In this document: positions 12,597-24,065 of the stretch, in pieces
How the letters are laid out: each line of letters starts with the position of its first letter
Numbering within the stretch: position 1 is the first letter of the stretch
Assembly (NCBI GenBank): GCA_000708835.1
Contig: DF237088.1
Coordinates: 1-64,000 of the forward strand
Length of the DNA: 64,000 nt
Direction: 5' to 3'
From: Klebsormidium nitens
Lineage: Eukaryota; Plantae; Klebsormidiophyceae
The notes under the pieces: generated by a model
Seen by the model: the letters and a program-made list of their open reading frames with translations, nothing else
The model's database searches: none
What the model was told of the DNA's origin: nothing
Made by a program: the position numbers and the translations under genes

Positions 12597-14463
12597 TTCA
12601 GCAGCAATTGGTCTGAGACTCACGTCATGGCTTGAAGGCGCGCTATCTGGCTCTCACGTCTTTCGTGCCGGCCTTAGCAATTTGCGGTTTTACAGAAGCT
12701 GGGTTGTGTCTTTGTGAAAACGTCCTGCAGGAGACTTCTGGGACAAAAATAAAGCCCTCGGCATTACAAATCTGCGTAACGACGACCGACTGTATCAATC
12801 AGAACTTAGAGGTTGACGCAATGCTGTTTCATGTTGGACTCTAGACGGGCCACATGCATGTTCTGATTGAATAATTTATCATGTCAACGAACAAGTAGCG
12901 AACTCTGCCTGCTAGCGCTGCTGCATTGCAGTCAAAGCAACGTCTCGCTCCCTCTAACTTGCGTGACATCACATGTGCGGCCTTCTTGTGACCTGTATGA
13001 TAGATACGGAACGGAATATTTTGATCCAAAGTGCCGAAAAACGGTGCCACAGCAACGCAACGCAGTGCAGTGCTTTTGCATGTTATGCCGACAGTAATTG
13101 AATCCTTGTTATCAGTGATCATTGCGAAGCGCATCCTGTACCTGAATTAAGATGTCCGACTCAAGAAGTGGCGCTGGCGGCTGTAAGGAAGCTTTCTCGG
13201 TTCTGTAAAGGTGACCGGTATTGATCAGAACACAATTTCCCGTGTACCGATTTCTTATTAGAGATAGTGCGCGCGCGACTGATGTAGGCCATCAAACGGT
13301 TGAGATGGTCTGATGGAGCTCGATCGACGGGCTGCGTAGTACCGCTGTCATGCACTGAGAGTTCTGCAGGCTGCACAAGCACAAGCAGGGCATCAGAACT
13401 GATCATGTCAGTGAATTTTGAAGGAAGGGAGGCTGGAGCTTTGAAAGGTCTTCAGATCTGTTGCAGAAGGTCAAAGTTCAGCAAGTGGTTTTGTGCGGCC
13501 TAGCAGGTTTGCCTCTTTCAATTGCGGCACCAATATCCTGTCCAATCTGCTGATTAGAACCACTCTCTAAGCCCCTGAAGAGGAAGAGCTGAGCTACTTC
13601 TGTTGCAAGTTTCGGCTGCTTCCGGCCCGCTCCCGGTTGCAATCGACAATTAGTTGCCAGTAAACTGCCTTACAATTTCGGAACAGCTTCTGCGTTCTTA
13701 CCTGCAACTTCGGGAGCCATCTTCGGTGCCATCATGTCTAGGCAAAGAAAAGGTAAGTTCGTGTGTCTCTGGCCTTCCTTGTATGCTTCTGGGTTGTCAG
13801 ACAATCATTCATGTAAATGTGGTGGTATGATAGAAAAAGAAAAATAAAAACTTTTCCGAGGCTTGCCTGATCTGGCAAGCTTTTTGTCAAGAGGACCGAG
13901 TAGTGGTTCACAAACAGCAGGAAGATGTAATGATACGCAGAATAGATTTCCTGATTGGAACAAGTGGGATAGGGCGCCTGCAACAGAAGAAGGACGCATT
14001 GATGGAGAGTTCTTTTAGGGTGACCAGCTTCTTCTTTCGACCTGTTCAATGGCTCTTACAACCCTAATTTGTTTCGCAGTTTACATGACGCTTCCTGCTT
14101 TTGATTCAAAACCAAACTGCTGTAAGAAGTGGACTCTAACAACCGTGAGGCTCGGTTACAAGCTGCAGCTGTGATCAGTTTGCAGCCTATGTGAACTTTG
14201 AATGAATAAGTCACTTGTTGACCACATTGGGCGCCTCTCTTCGCTGATGGAATCTGGCTGGTCTCACACTCATGCGCACTCAAAATCAGGTCCACAGCAC
14301 CTTCTTATCAAAATATTCTGTGGACTCTCGTGCCAATCGTACAGTACGATGCAACGATGCAACAATAGTACCAGCACAGTCTTGAAAGCTGTACAATCCT
14401 CCAACCGTAGGCACTCCTGCCCCAATTCAAGAAAGGGTCTCGTACCATGAGTCCGACGAACCA

Positions 14464-15591
14464 ATGGCGAGGTCAAAAGAGGAAGAGGAGGAAGACAGGA
14501 AGCTCTTGTTTAACGGGGAAGCGATGCAAGCAAACATACGGAGCGTGAATTTCAGGTGAGCTTCCATCTAACCACGATGAAGTGTGCAGCGTTGAAGCAG
14601 TGGCAGCATATGCAGTGGTTTAGAGAACTAGTTCAATCTGGTCAATTTCGAGCTCGCGGTCAAACGGCAGACTTGTCATCACCCACCAAAGAGCACTCCT
14701 TGGGCGGATTTTGAGTAAGGAATCTGAAGGTAGCGGAGACTTGGTGCAGCATTCTGGGGCACACGCTAGATTGGTTCTGACGTGGAAGCTCCTTTGGAGA
14801 ATTGTCTTTGTTCCCTTCCTTTCATGCCTAATTCGGATGGCTCTCAAAAGTCCCAGAAAGGCCTCAAAGGAGCTTCGTGGCATACTTCTGAATCGCCCGA
14901 GTTTGTTGTGGTTATGGAAGCTGTACACTCTGCATCACATCGCATGGGCAGAGCAAATAGAGTTAAGGACAAACGCCGCGCTGACTGTTCTGACTGAAAT
15001 GCTCTGTCCACGAACCTCATTCTGAAGTTCTTCTCCCTTGCAGTCGGACCTTTCTATCGCTAGTAGCGGGGGCTGTGGCAGGGATCTTGGGGTTAAGGGG
15101 GATTCCTGGATTCCTCTTTTACTTCGTCATCATGGCGGCACAGTCGGGAACGCTCCTCCTGAAGGCCAAGCTGAACGCTGCAGTCTACTTCCTGTCGCTA
15201 CAAGCAGTGGTCTTCGACGGGATACTTCCAAACGTGTTGGTGAGTTGAAAGGGTGAACCTGCTTCGCTTTTGCTGCAGAGAGTTGTGGTACTCTAATCGC
15301 CCACAAATAGTGGAGAAGCTTCTTACTCCCTGAAATGGTTGTTTGTGTGTTGCCGCTCACAGAGGGTCCTGATCGGTAAAAAACAAGTCATTTGGGTCCG
15401 ACTTTTGTGAGATTTTAGATGTTCGACCAAGTACTTGCTCTGCTGTTGAACTCTGATAACTTGGCTGTTGCATCCTGAGTACATTGCCAACACGAGCTTG
15501 TTTTGATGCTTACCTGACAGCTTCTCATTTGGCATTGCAGTTGTTTGTACTGTTTTGGACTCTCATATACGATTACGTCCACATTTTCTAA
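14464..15591 (+). CDS. EMC6: ER membrane protein complex subunit 6, 3 exons, 112 aa
   Basis: Exons 14464-14555, 15044-15239, 15541-15591 give MARSKEEEEEDRKLLFNGEAMQANIRSVNFSRTFLSLVAGAVAGILGLRGIPGFLFYFVIMAAQSGTLLLKAK...VVFDGILPNVLLFVLFWTLIYDYVHIF*. The SRTFLS..AG..AGI.G core and FVLFWT..YD.VHIF end are EMC6 signatures. Confidence 0.95.
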
Positions 15592-16805
15592 TGGAAGACT
15601 TAGCACACAAGGACCAGTCGGCGTGGTCATGTACCAAGGTGTCTGGTTTTTCTCCCGGGGATGTACCTCGTTCTTCACGCTCGGAGCAGGATGGACGCTG
15701 TTCAAAAGTTGACTTTCTGGGCGTTAATCCTACCAAAGACTCATTCCAGGGGGGGCCCCTGTGCAAGTGCGTGGCCGGTCGAATTGTTTGACGACTGTAG
15801 TACCTAGGACATGCAGCTGAAGAATCTATGTGCGTGATGAATTCAGCCACATGACAGAAGCATATGACAGTCGCATGAGCTCAACGCTTGTTGGACGAAG
15901 TTAACCGAACGAATCAAAGTGTTTTCGATCGTTGAATGGAAAATTGAACTTTTCGCAGCACGCATATGCTTACGGTAGGGCGTGCCACGCGCAGTTGATG
16001 GGCATGGTCCCTTGATGCCAGGTCGCACATGGTTGGAGAATATCGCATCGATACTAGGCATTCTTTCGCACTTGTAATGTAAACAAGGCAATAAAGAAAA
16101 AGTCTGAAGCTGCCCTCACTAGCTGTCACATGAACGTAAGCATTGAGTTTCGTCGAAACGAATTCCATAATACTATACACTTGATAGTAAATGCTTGTGA
16201 ATCTGATTGCTACGTGCACATTGTGACATGACCGTCTCAGGGCCGCATCCTTAATTGGGGATGTTGCTTCTATGTAGCCTGGGTTTTGAATCATGAAGGT
16301 TGACCTATTTAAATCATATAGGGTTTTGACCAAGTGATAATCTACGTGGCGAACCACGTGCATCATGGCGATTTGTGACTGGACACATCCGTCGGCGTTG
16401 GTTCTGCGACTTTCCATCGTGGCCCTCGATCACCCTGTTGCACTGCTGGGCATGACGAGGATTGATGGTGGCCCAAGAAGTTAGGTAGTTGGTTGGGCCT
16501 TCACATGAGGGCGATGGGGGCAGCCCTCGTCCTTGTGGTACTGAGAGGGTGGAGCGCAAGCACAATGCGGTCGTTCTGCAAGCGAGACTAGCCAGGTTAG
16601 CCAACTTGTGAAGGATTAGCTGTAAGCAACGCTGTGAAGGACAGCGGGCGCAGGTTTGCATCTGCCACAAAGGGGAAAAAGCATCTGCGAAATTGAAAAC
16701 ATTCTGGTATCTCTTTCCAGGCCATTTGCCGGCATTTCAAGCTCTCAGCTCATAAAAGTACCGCTAACCGCTGGAGGCCGCAATTGAAAGCTGTATCCCC
16801 TGAAG

Positions 16806-19800
16806 ATGGAGGCAATTGCCACCATGTCTTTCAGCGAGGCCCTGTTGGCTGCGCTGGGGCTCACTATTCTCTACCTGCTGTGCACCACCCTTTGGCGCCT
16901 GACAAGGCCTCACAAGGGCCCCTTTGCGTGGCCCCTTGTAGGCGCCTTCCCCCAGCTCATGTGGAACTACCATCGCTATCATGTGAGCTGGCTGCCCTTT
17001 GTTTCCTGAGGCTGGTTTGCACTGCTTCACTTTTCTTGTGAGTTTGAGAAGCAGTCAGAGGAAGAGGGTCCATGGTGGTAGTTCACCGTCAGCTTGAGTG
17101 ATAGACAGGTTTCCTGAATCATACACAGGGTGAGCTATTCAACTATTAGAATCTGGTGCACTCCATTATTGAGCTGTAACTTGCTTAACTCCGATAACTT
17201 ATTTTGGAAACCAGCAATTGAGGGAACCAGTAGTGGGCCCAGTGTTGAGATTTATAACGTCTTTAGGTAGTCTAGTACTTTGTGGCTGAGTCACCAACAT
17301 CAGGGGCTGTATCCAGTAGCTCCTCAACGCTGCAGTTTTAAGCTCAAGTAACGAGTTATCCAGCCTGACAAAAAGAGGGCACTTTTCAGAATGATGAGGA
17401 CCTCCCAAAAATACGCACAAATTCCCCCAGCCAGGGGAATAGGCTGATTGTAGATACATCATTGACCTCTCGTTATGTGTTCCATGAAGCTCTGCTTTCT
17501 TCCTCAGCTTCTTCCAGAATTGCTTTTGAGAGGAAGAGGGCAACCAAACCACAGACGTCGGCTGAAGCGTGTCACTTGCTTGCTTGAAATCCTTTTCTGC
17601 TTTCAGAGAAACAACGAACTCACAATGCTGATGCCAGGGATCCCTCTCCTTCAGGACTGGATCTCTGACCAGTACAGAAGACATGGGGGCACACTCTTGG
17701 TGCCCATTCCCTTCGACTCCCTCACATATGTTGCGGACCCCCGCTGCGTGGAGCACATGCTCAAGACAAATTTCAAGAACTACCCCAAGGTCAGTGCACG
17801 AGGGGTCCAGGGACTCAAATTGTTCCCCTTCGTTTCTTCTTTATGTGGTTCTGCAAGCGGATGTCTGAGGAGAGGAAGTGGCTTTTGAAACCTGGATCTT
17901 GACATGTTTCACTGAAGTGTTTCCTTGCTGGTGCGTGAACGAAAATCGCTTGGAACCCGACCTCAGGTTTCACTCTATGGTTGCACAGGCCCCTGGTTGT
18001 TGTATGATACAAGTGCCATAGAGTTCCTCTCTAGCGTTGTGTACGGTTCCTGCCATATTCTTGCCGCCCTGGGTCTAAGGCAGAATTTGTTGAGCCAGGG
18101 CGACCGAGACCGCGACATCCTTCTGGAGCTGCTCGGGGGCGGCATCTTCAACGCGGACGGCCAGGACTGGGCGGTGCAAAGGAAGGTGAGCAACGTTTTC
18201 AATTTTCGTCGGACAACCACTTCGCCTCACGCCGCGCCCACTCATTCCCCCCCGTGCCGCACCTCCTCTCTGGAACTCCGGGCAAACCCCCCGTTTTGAC
18301 AAATTCTGAGACCTTCCGAACAAACCCTCGGTGCTCAATCCTCTCCGGAAACACCCCCCTCGCCAGAGCGGTCCCCTTGGCCGACGTCCAACCCCCCTCA
18401 GGAATATTGTGCTCAGTAGCCTTCTGTCCTACAATTGCAGAACTTCGAACTCGTTGCGCTAGCTTTAAAGTTCATGAATGTTACCAGCCAGTGCGCCGGC
18501 TTCAAGTAGTACAAAGTCAGAGTCAGAGTCGTACAATAAGAGCAGGCCGAGAAAGATGTGAAGTTGGCTCCAAATATGTGGCAGATTGTGAATCTCCTGA
18601 TTAGCGGAAAGTAATCTCGTAGTTGCGTTTTACCCTGCATAAGCTGTCTGAATTTTCGAAGGCTGCCTTCTCTTCATCTTTCACTTTGTGGTGATACGCA
18701 ATCCTTGGGCTCATCCAAGGTAACAGAGAATGCTGGTGTAAAAGAATCAGAATACTTACAGAAAGGCAAATTCTCTGTGCTTTCTATTCTCCCAGACTGC
18801 AGTCCACGAGTTCTCAGTCAGGAAGCTGCGGGAGCACGCCACGCTGGTCTTTCAGGAGGAGGTGGGGGTTCTGGTCAAGCAGATCGATCAGGCGGCCGAG
18901 CAGGGAACCCCGGTTGACCTTCAAGTAGGTTTCCATGACGTTGTAGTATTGCATGTGCACTTGTCTGGTTTGTCTGACAATGGTCGTATGTACTGCCTCC
19001 TGATGGGATATTAGAGAAGTGCCGTATCGAGACCTGGCCTTGGAGTCCAATTGGAAACGAGAACTTATTACCTTGCACCGTGCAAAGGGGGGAATGTACA
19101 GCTGAGTAGACTGCCCTTCGATCATTTCAAGTACCTTGTCTCTGCATTGACGATGCCTGTCAGCCACACGTTTCAAAATAATCAACCCCTTGAAATTCTG
19201 GAGAGACGTAAAAGATTCTGACGTTGGATACCGCGATGGAGATGTTGGTCAGCGGCAGAACATGTCAAGCAAATCTTCGGAACTTGCATCCTAGTTTGTC
19301 TTCGGCGCTCGTCACACATGAAACGGTGGATCTGGACGGGCGGACTCCAAGTTGCAGGAAGGTCCATCTCCCGGTTGTACGACCCTCGCCCAGCTATTTT
19401 GTGTTCGATTGGGACAATTCTTGAAGCGAAGACGAGAAGCAACGAGCTTGTGCACAGAAGTTTTTGGCCCTTAACCAAAGACGGTTCTGGGCTGGTTCTG
19501 GGCTGCTTAGAATTTGGTTATGTGTCCTCTAGCCACACCTGGGCGGTAACCAGCCTTGGAAGAAGGTTACAGCCCGATTAGTGTTCCAGTAACCAAGAGT
19601 CAAGTCTGATTGTCAGGCTGGTTAGCAGCCAAAATCTCTCTGCTGATGCCATTGCCCTGCTGACGTGGTGCAGGACCTGCTGATGCGGCTGACGCTTGAG
19701 ACCATTTGCCACGTGGGCTTCGGGATCCGGCTAGGCGTCCTCGCTCCGTCCGACGGATCCAGCGAAGCGTGTGAGTTCGCCAAAGCGTTCGACCTGACAA

Positions 19801-21895
19801 ATCAGATTGTCGCGGAGCGGTTTGTCAGTCCGGTCATCTGGAAGCTCAAGCGGCTGCTGAAGATCGGGGGGGAGGGGAAGATGCGGAAAGCTCAGAGTGC
19901 AATCAACCGGTTCGCAAACTCAGTGATCCAAAAGAGGCGGGAGGAACTTGACACGATGAGGGGCGGGAAGAACGGGCTACAAATGGTGGAGAATAGCGAG
20001 TGGAGACACGGAAGCGGAAACGGAAACGGAAAACGAAACGGTGTCCTCGGGGTCAGTCCGGAAGCGTCCGACGAATCCTCTTCAAACTCGGACGAGGATA
20101 AGGAAAAGGAGGCCACAGGGGAGAAGCGCCGAGAGGGATCCCCCTCACTGGACGCCACACGCACCGGCCCCAAGGGGCGGTGGACGCTTGTCGAGAACGA
20201 GGAGAACGCCAAACCTCAAATCCCTACAACCCCAAGCAGCGAAAACTCCGAGCCGCAGGACTTGCTGTCGCGCTTCATGTCGATGCGGGACGGATGCGGC
20301 GCTCCCTACCCCGACGAGTACCTGCGTGACGTCATCCTCAACTTCATCATTGCGGGGCGCGACACGTCAGCGGGCGCGATCACGTGGCTGTTCTACGAGC
20401 TGTCGAGGAGCCGCCGCGTAGAAGAGAAGATCTTCCAGGAGCTGATGGGCGTTCTAGAAGCGGGGCCTGGGGAAGGGGGCCGCGTCGCGGCGCGGCTGAC
20501 GTTCGAGAAGCTGAGAAAGCTGACATACCTGCAGGTGGGTTTTCTGATTGGTCCTTTCTAAAATCGTTCTTGTAAAGGACTTACAAATTCTCGAACACCT
20601 GCAGCGGAGTTGAATGATTACTGCCCTTCCGATTGCTCGACTTTCTGCTTGAACGTGAGGCTTGCATGCACCTTTCCCGGCCGAATGCCGCCACTTTCCT
20701 CAACCGCCGAAAAGTTTGCCCAATCCAACCCCGCCGCAGCAAAAGCAATTCGTAATTCTGCACTTTCCTGCCTCTTGGCCCCCCAAATCCTTTCTCAAAT
20801 TTTGAGGCGTCATCGCCCCGACCTTCTCTCGCCCTCCTTTTAACAAGGCAACAACCTTCATATTCTGTCGATTATCACCAATTCCCGCTCCCCATTTCTG
20901 CCACATTTCACCAACCTTCTCCCCTTTCTCTCCGCCATGTGTCACCACCAAACCCCTCCCGTCGCAGGCCGCCCTATCCGAGACGCTCCGTCTGCACCCG
21001 TTTGTGCCCCAGGATCGCAAGTGCCCCAGGATCGCACGATTGTCGAAAATCCCCTCACTTGCCGCCACGTGTCACAATCATATTTTCCTCGCGCAGGCCG
21101 CCCTGTCCGAGACGCTCCGCCTGCACCCATCCGTGCCTGGGGACCGGAAGACCGCCGTAAATGCGGACGTCCTACCGGACGGCACGCGCATTGCCCCGGG
21201 ACAGTTCGTGGTGTGGACGGCCTACACCATGGGGCGCCAGGAAAGCATCTGGGGCCCCGACGCGGCGGAGTTCCGGCCGGAGAGGTGGCTCGGGCCGGAC
21301 GGAAGCTACCGGGCGGAGTCGACGTACAAGTTCACGGCCTTTCAGGTTGGGGGCTGGTCCTTTCGCAGTTGCCCGGGGTTGGAGCTTTTGCTCGACTCAA
21401 TCGGAATGGTTGTGGTGTTCTTGGACCATGCTTTCAGGTTGTTGTCAAGTCGGTGACTTACCTCATACAACGGTGCTTGGCGCCTTGATATTTGGGCTGT
21501 GTCATCACCTTTCTTGCCGCAAGGCCTGAGCAGAGACAAGAACGGCCGTCCCAGTAAGCAGGAAAAACCACACTGCGACTGCAAACGGCGCCATTGATCG
21601 GAGGGCAGCTCGTATTGGCTTTTCCCCCTCGAAGCTTCCAACGGCTTTGACAGACTTCAACGGTTAAGATCGATCCAAGAGACATCCAACACGTTCTCTT
21701 GCGTTCCAGGGCGGTCCCCGGGTGTGCCTCGGCAAAGAGCTCGCCTTCCTGGAAATGAAAGCGGCCGCGGCGGCGCTTATCTACAACTTTCGCTTCCAGG
21801 TCGTTCCGGGTTACCAAGTCACATACGGAATGGCGCTCACTCTGCCCGTCAAAGGCGGGCTCCCGGTTATCGTGACCAAACGGTGGAACCCTTGA
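16806..21895 (+). CDS. Cytochrome P450, CYP86 clan (CYP704/CYP94/CYP86-like), 7 exons, about 607 aa
   Basis: Exons 16806-16982, 17655-17789, 18099-18185, 18796-18924, 19674-20534, 21097-21345, 21710-21895, all introns phase 0. N-terminal membrane anchor, LKTNFKNYPKG, GIFNADG..W..QRK, I-helix NFIIAGRDTS, ETLRLHP, FRPERW, heme motif FTAFQGGPRVCLGKELA. Confidence 0.95.
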
Positions 21896-23357
21896 TTGGG
21901 CATCTGTCGGAAGGTCGAGTAACGGCGGCCGAATTAGCAACTTGTATTAGTGGAGTCTTTCTCGATGAGGCCGATATAGAGCCTACATACAGAGTGTATG
22001 TATAGACGAGCGCTTTGTACGACTTTCCTCGCTTGTGTCTGTGATTAAGAGATAGAAACGCTTCGACATAGGAATACCTTCAGTGGCGATGGTGTAACGA
22101 TAGACAGGAGTGTACATAAGTAGGCCCCATCGGTGTAGCAGGTTCTCCCGCGTGTGCTTATGCATCTACTAAAGAACGGTCGAGAGGCGTGTGCAGTGTA
22201 CAGAACGGAGATCAAGTTGAAGACGTGTTAATACATCAATTAGCTCGTGAAGAAGCTGAGAGGGGATTTGAATAATTCGTGAGCGTCTCTCGACACAGGG
22301 TAACGCGCGGTGTGGATACCCGTTGAGAGAGACTAGCATAGTCACTCGATTTGGTATAGGGACAAGCGATCCGGGGTTCATCACAGCCGCGATCGCCCTG
22401 TTAGTTGATGAAGACCTAATTTCGCATAGGATTTGACAAACATCTATGAATAAATTGTGTTCAGATCGACACCTATCGTAAAGATCCCCGACATGACAAG
22501 TATACGTACGAGTAAAATAACGATCAGACACTTACTCTGACGAGCTTTGCATTGGCAACTGGACTCAACCGCTTAAGTTCATCTTCATGACCGTGAGACG
22601 TTTGCGCCGGGATCGGGCCGGAGTCTCTTTCCGTAACCCCAAATGCCAGTAGATGATCAATCGGACTTCAATATATCACTTGACGTATTTGAGAATCGTA
22701 CTATACTTCGCACCATCTTGTAAGGGCATTGCCGAATGTTATGTGATCATATATGCTGACCCCGGCCCTCTCCATCATGCGATCATGCATCTGTTTAACC
22801 AATCCATGCAATTTCGCTCTTAAGTTCCACCCGGCCTTCCGACCAACTAATAAGTGCTAGGGCAAACGGATGGCCATCTCACGGCGACTACTGACAAACT
22901 TACGCCGCCTAGCAGTAACAAGAAGTGCGGAAGCAGATTGCATTTTGGTGGTGAAACGGGAAGCGGTAGCTGGCAAGGGCTAACACAATCCGTGTTGTCT
23001 TTACGGCAGAGGTCAAGCACATAAGCAAAAGTTGGGTGCTAAAGCACGTGCTAATTAGGCATAGGGCCAAGATGACAGTCAAAAGACCCCAGCTGGCACC
23101 AAAGTACTACAATAGTACTACAACAATGTAACGGATTGGTATTGCAGTCACTGGGGCTCGACTTATCGGTGGAACTCGATAACCTTGGACGAGGCTAGAC
23201 GAAGTACGAAAGAGTACAGCTAGAAGGCAGTTCCTGTACTACAGCTGCCCTTTAGCTCGGACTCTTTCGTTTAGGTCCGTTCATGAAGTCGATAAAGGAG
23301 AGGTTCTTTGACATGGTCCAGCAGAGCGTGCGAACTCTGATGCGCTTGTTGCCTTTT

Positions 23358-24065
23358 TTATTTCAATTTCTCCATCACTTTGGCTAGGATGTCTTGCAGC
23401 TCAGACATACATACCCGGGCCTTCGATACACGGCCCTGATTGTTCTCAAGTTTTGCCGGAGCTGAGGGCAGGGCCTTTGAACAAACTGAACAAACTCGCA
23501 CGTCCTTTTGGGAGTTGGAGGGGACCAGTTCCAGCAGGGCCACGGCCTTTATGTAGACAATACTTGTCAGCACCCGGCCAGATCTGCCGACCTGCTGTAG
23601 TTCATGTGTCCCTTCCCTTAAGCAGTAGAGCTCGTAGATGTATTGCTGAGAACCAGGCAGGCCACGTGCCAGTTCTTTGAGCAAAGCAGCACCTTGGCAG
23701 GTGTTGGAAAGCTCCACACTGGCGGTTGGGGCATCCTGCAGGTTGATTTCCTGGTTGACGTAGACGAGACCAATCCGAGGCACAAAGTATCCAACGTTGG
23801 TGGTAGCCCTGATGCGAAAAGATCCTTCAGGAGTAAAAGGCTCATCCATTCCCAGGGGGGTCCATCCTCCCCTAACTTTGAAGCGACACCAGTAGCAGCA
23901 CCAGTAATACTTCAGCCAATCTATCCTCTTTCGCATGTCCGCCAGCACCGCTGCCCCACTTGTAGGCATTTCCACATCAGGGATGTCCACCCTGAATGAG
24001 GGAGACCGGACGTCCGGGTCGAGATATTCATAGAGGTCTCCCGTCACATACACTAGTACTTTCAT
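23358..24065 (-). CDS. Intronless orphan protein of about 235 aa with two diverged internal repeats
   Basis: Open frame of 286 codons; first ATG at 24065 (MKVLVYV). Similar blocks VLVYV...SFRVDI...SGAAVLADMRKRI and GLVYV...TASVEL...QGAALLKELARGL. No family recognised. Confidence 0.6.
   Translation of the reverse strand: MKVLVYVTGDLYEYLDPDVRSPSFRVDIPDVEMPTSGAAVLADMRKRIDWLKYYWCCYWCRFKVRGGWTPLGMDEPFTPEGSFRIRATTNVGYFVPRIGLVYVNQEINLQDAPTASVELSNTCQGAALLKELARGLPGSQQYIYELYCLREGTHELQQVGRSGRVLTSIVYIKAVALLELVPSNSQKDVRVCSVCSKALPSAPAKLENNQGRVSKARVCMSELQDILAKVMEKLK

Noticed and set aside
15415-15850. Minus-strand ORFs, one with a weak DEAD-box-like VDVIVY string
   Set aside because: They overlap the last exon and 3' region of EMC6 on the opposite strand, contain stops in neighbouring frames and have no other helicase motifs.
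15914-16670. 167-aa and 118-aa minus-strand ORFs upstream of the P450
   Set aside because: No recognisable motif, and the composition looks like translated non-coding DNA.
22169-22620. 120-aa minus-strand ORF with a nearby GTAAGT donor
   Set aside because: The splice phase does not connect to the long frame and there is no recognisable similarity.
23222-23252. Helitron 3' end (hairpin ggcag..ctgta-c-tacag-ctgcc near CTAG)
   Set aside because: On the minus strand CTAG is only about 2 nt from the stem and is followed by C rather than T. No matching 5' end or RepHel sequence was seen.
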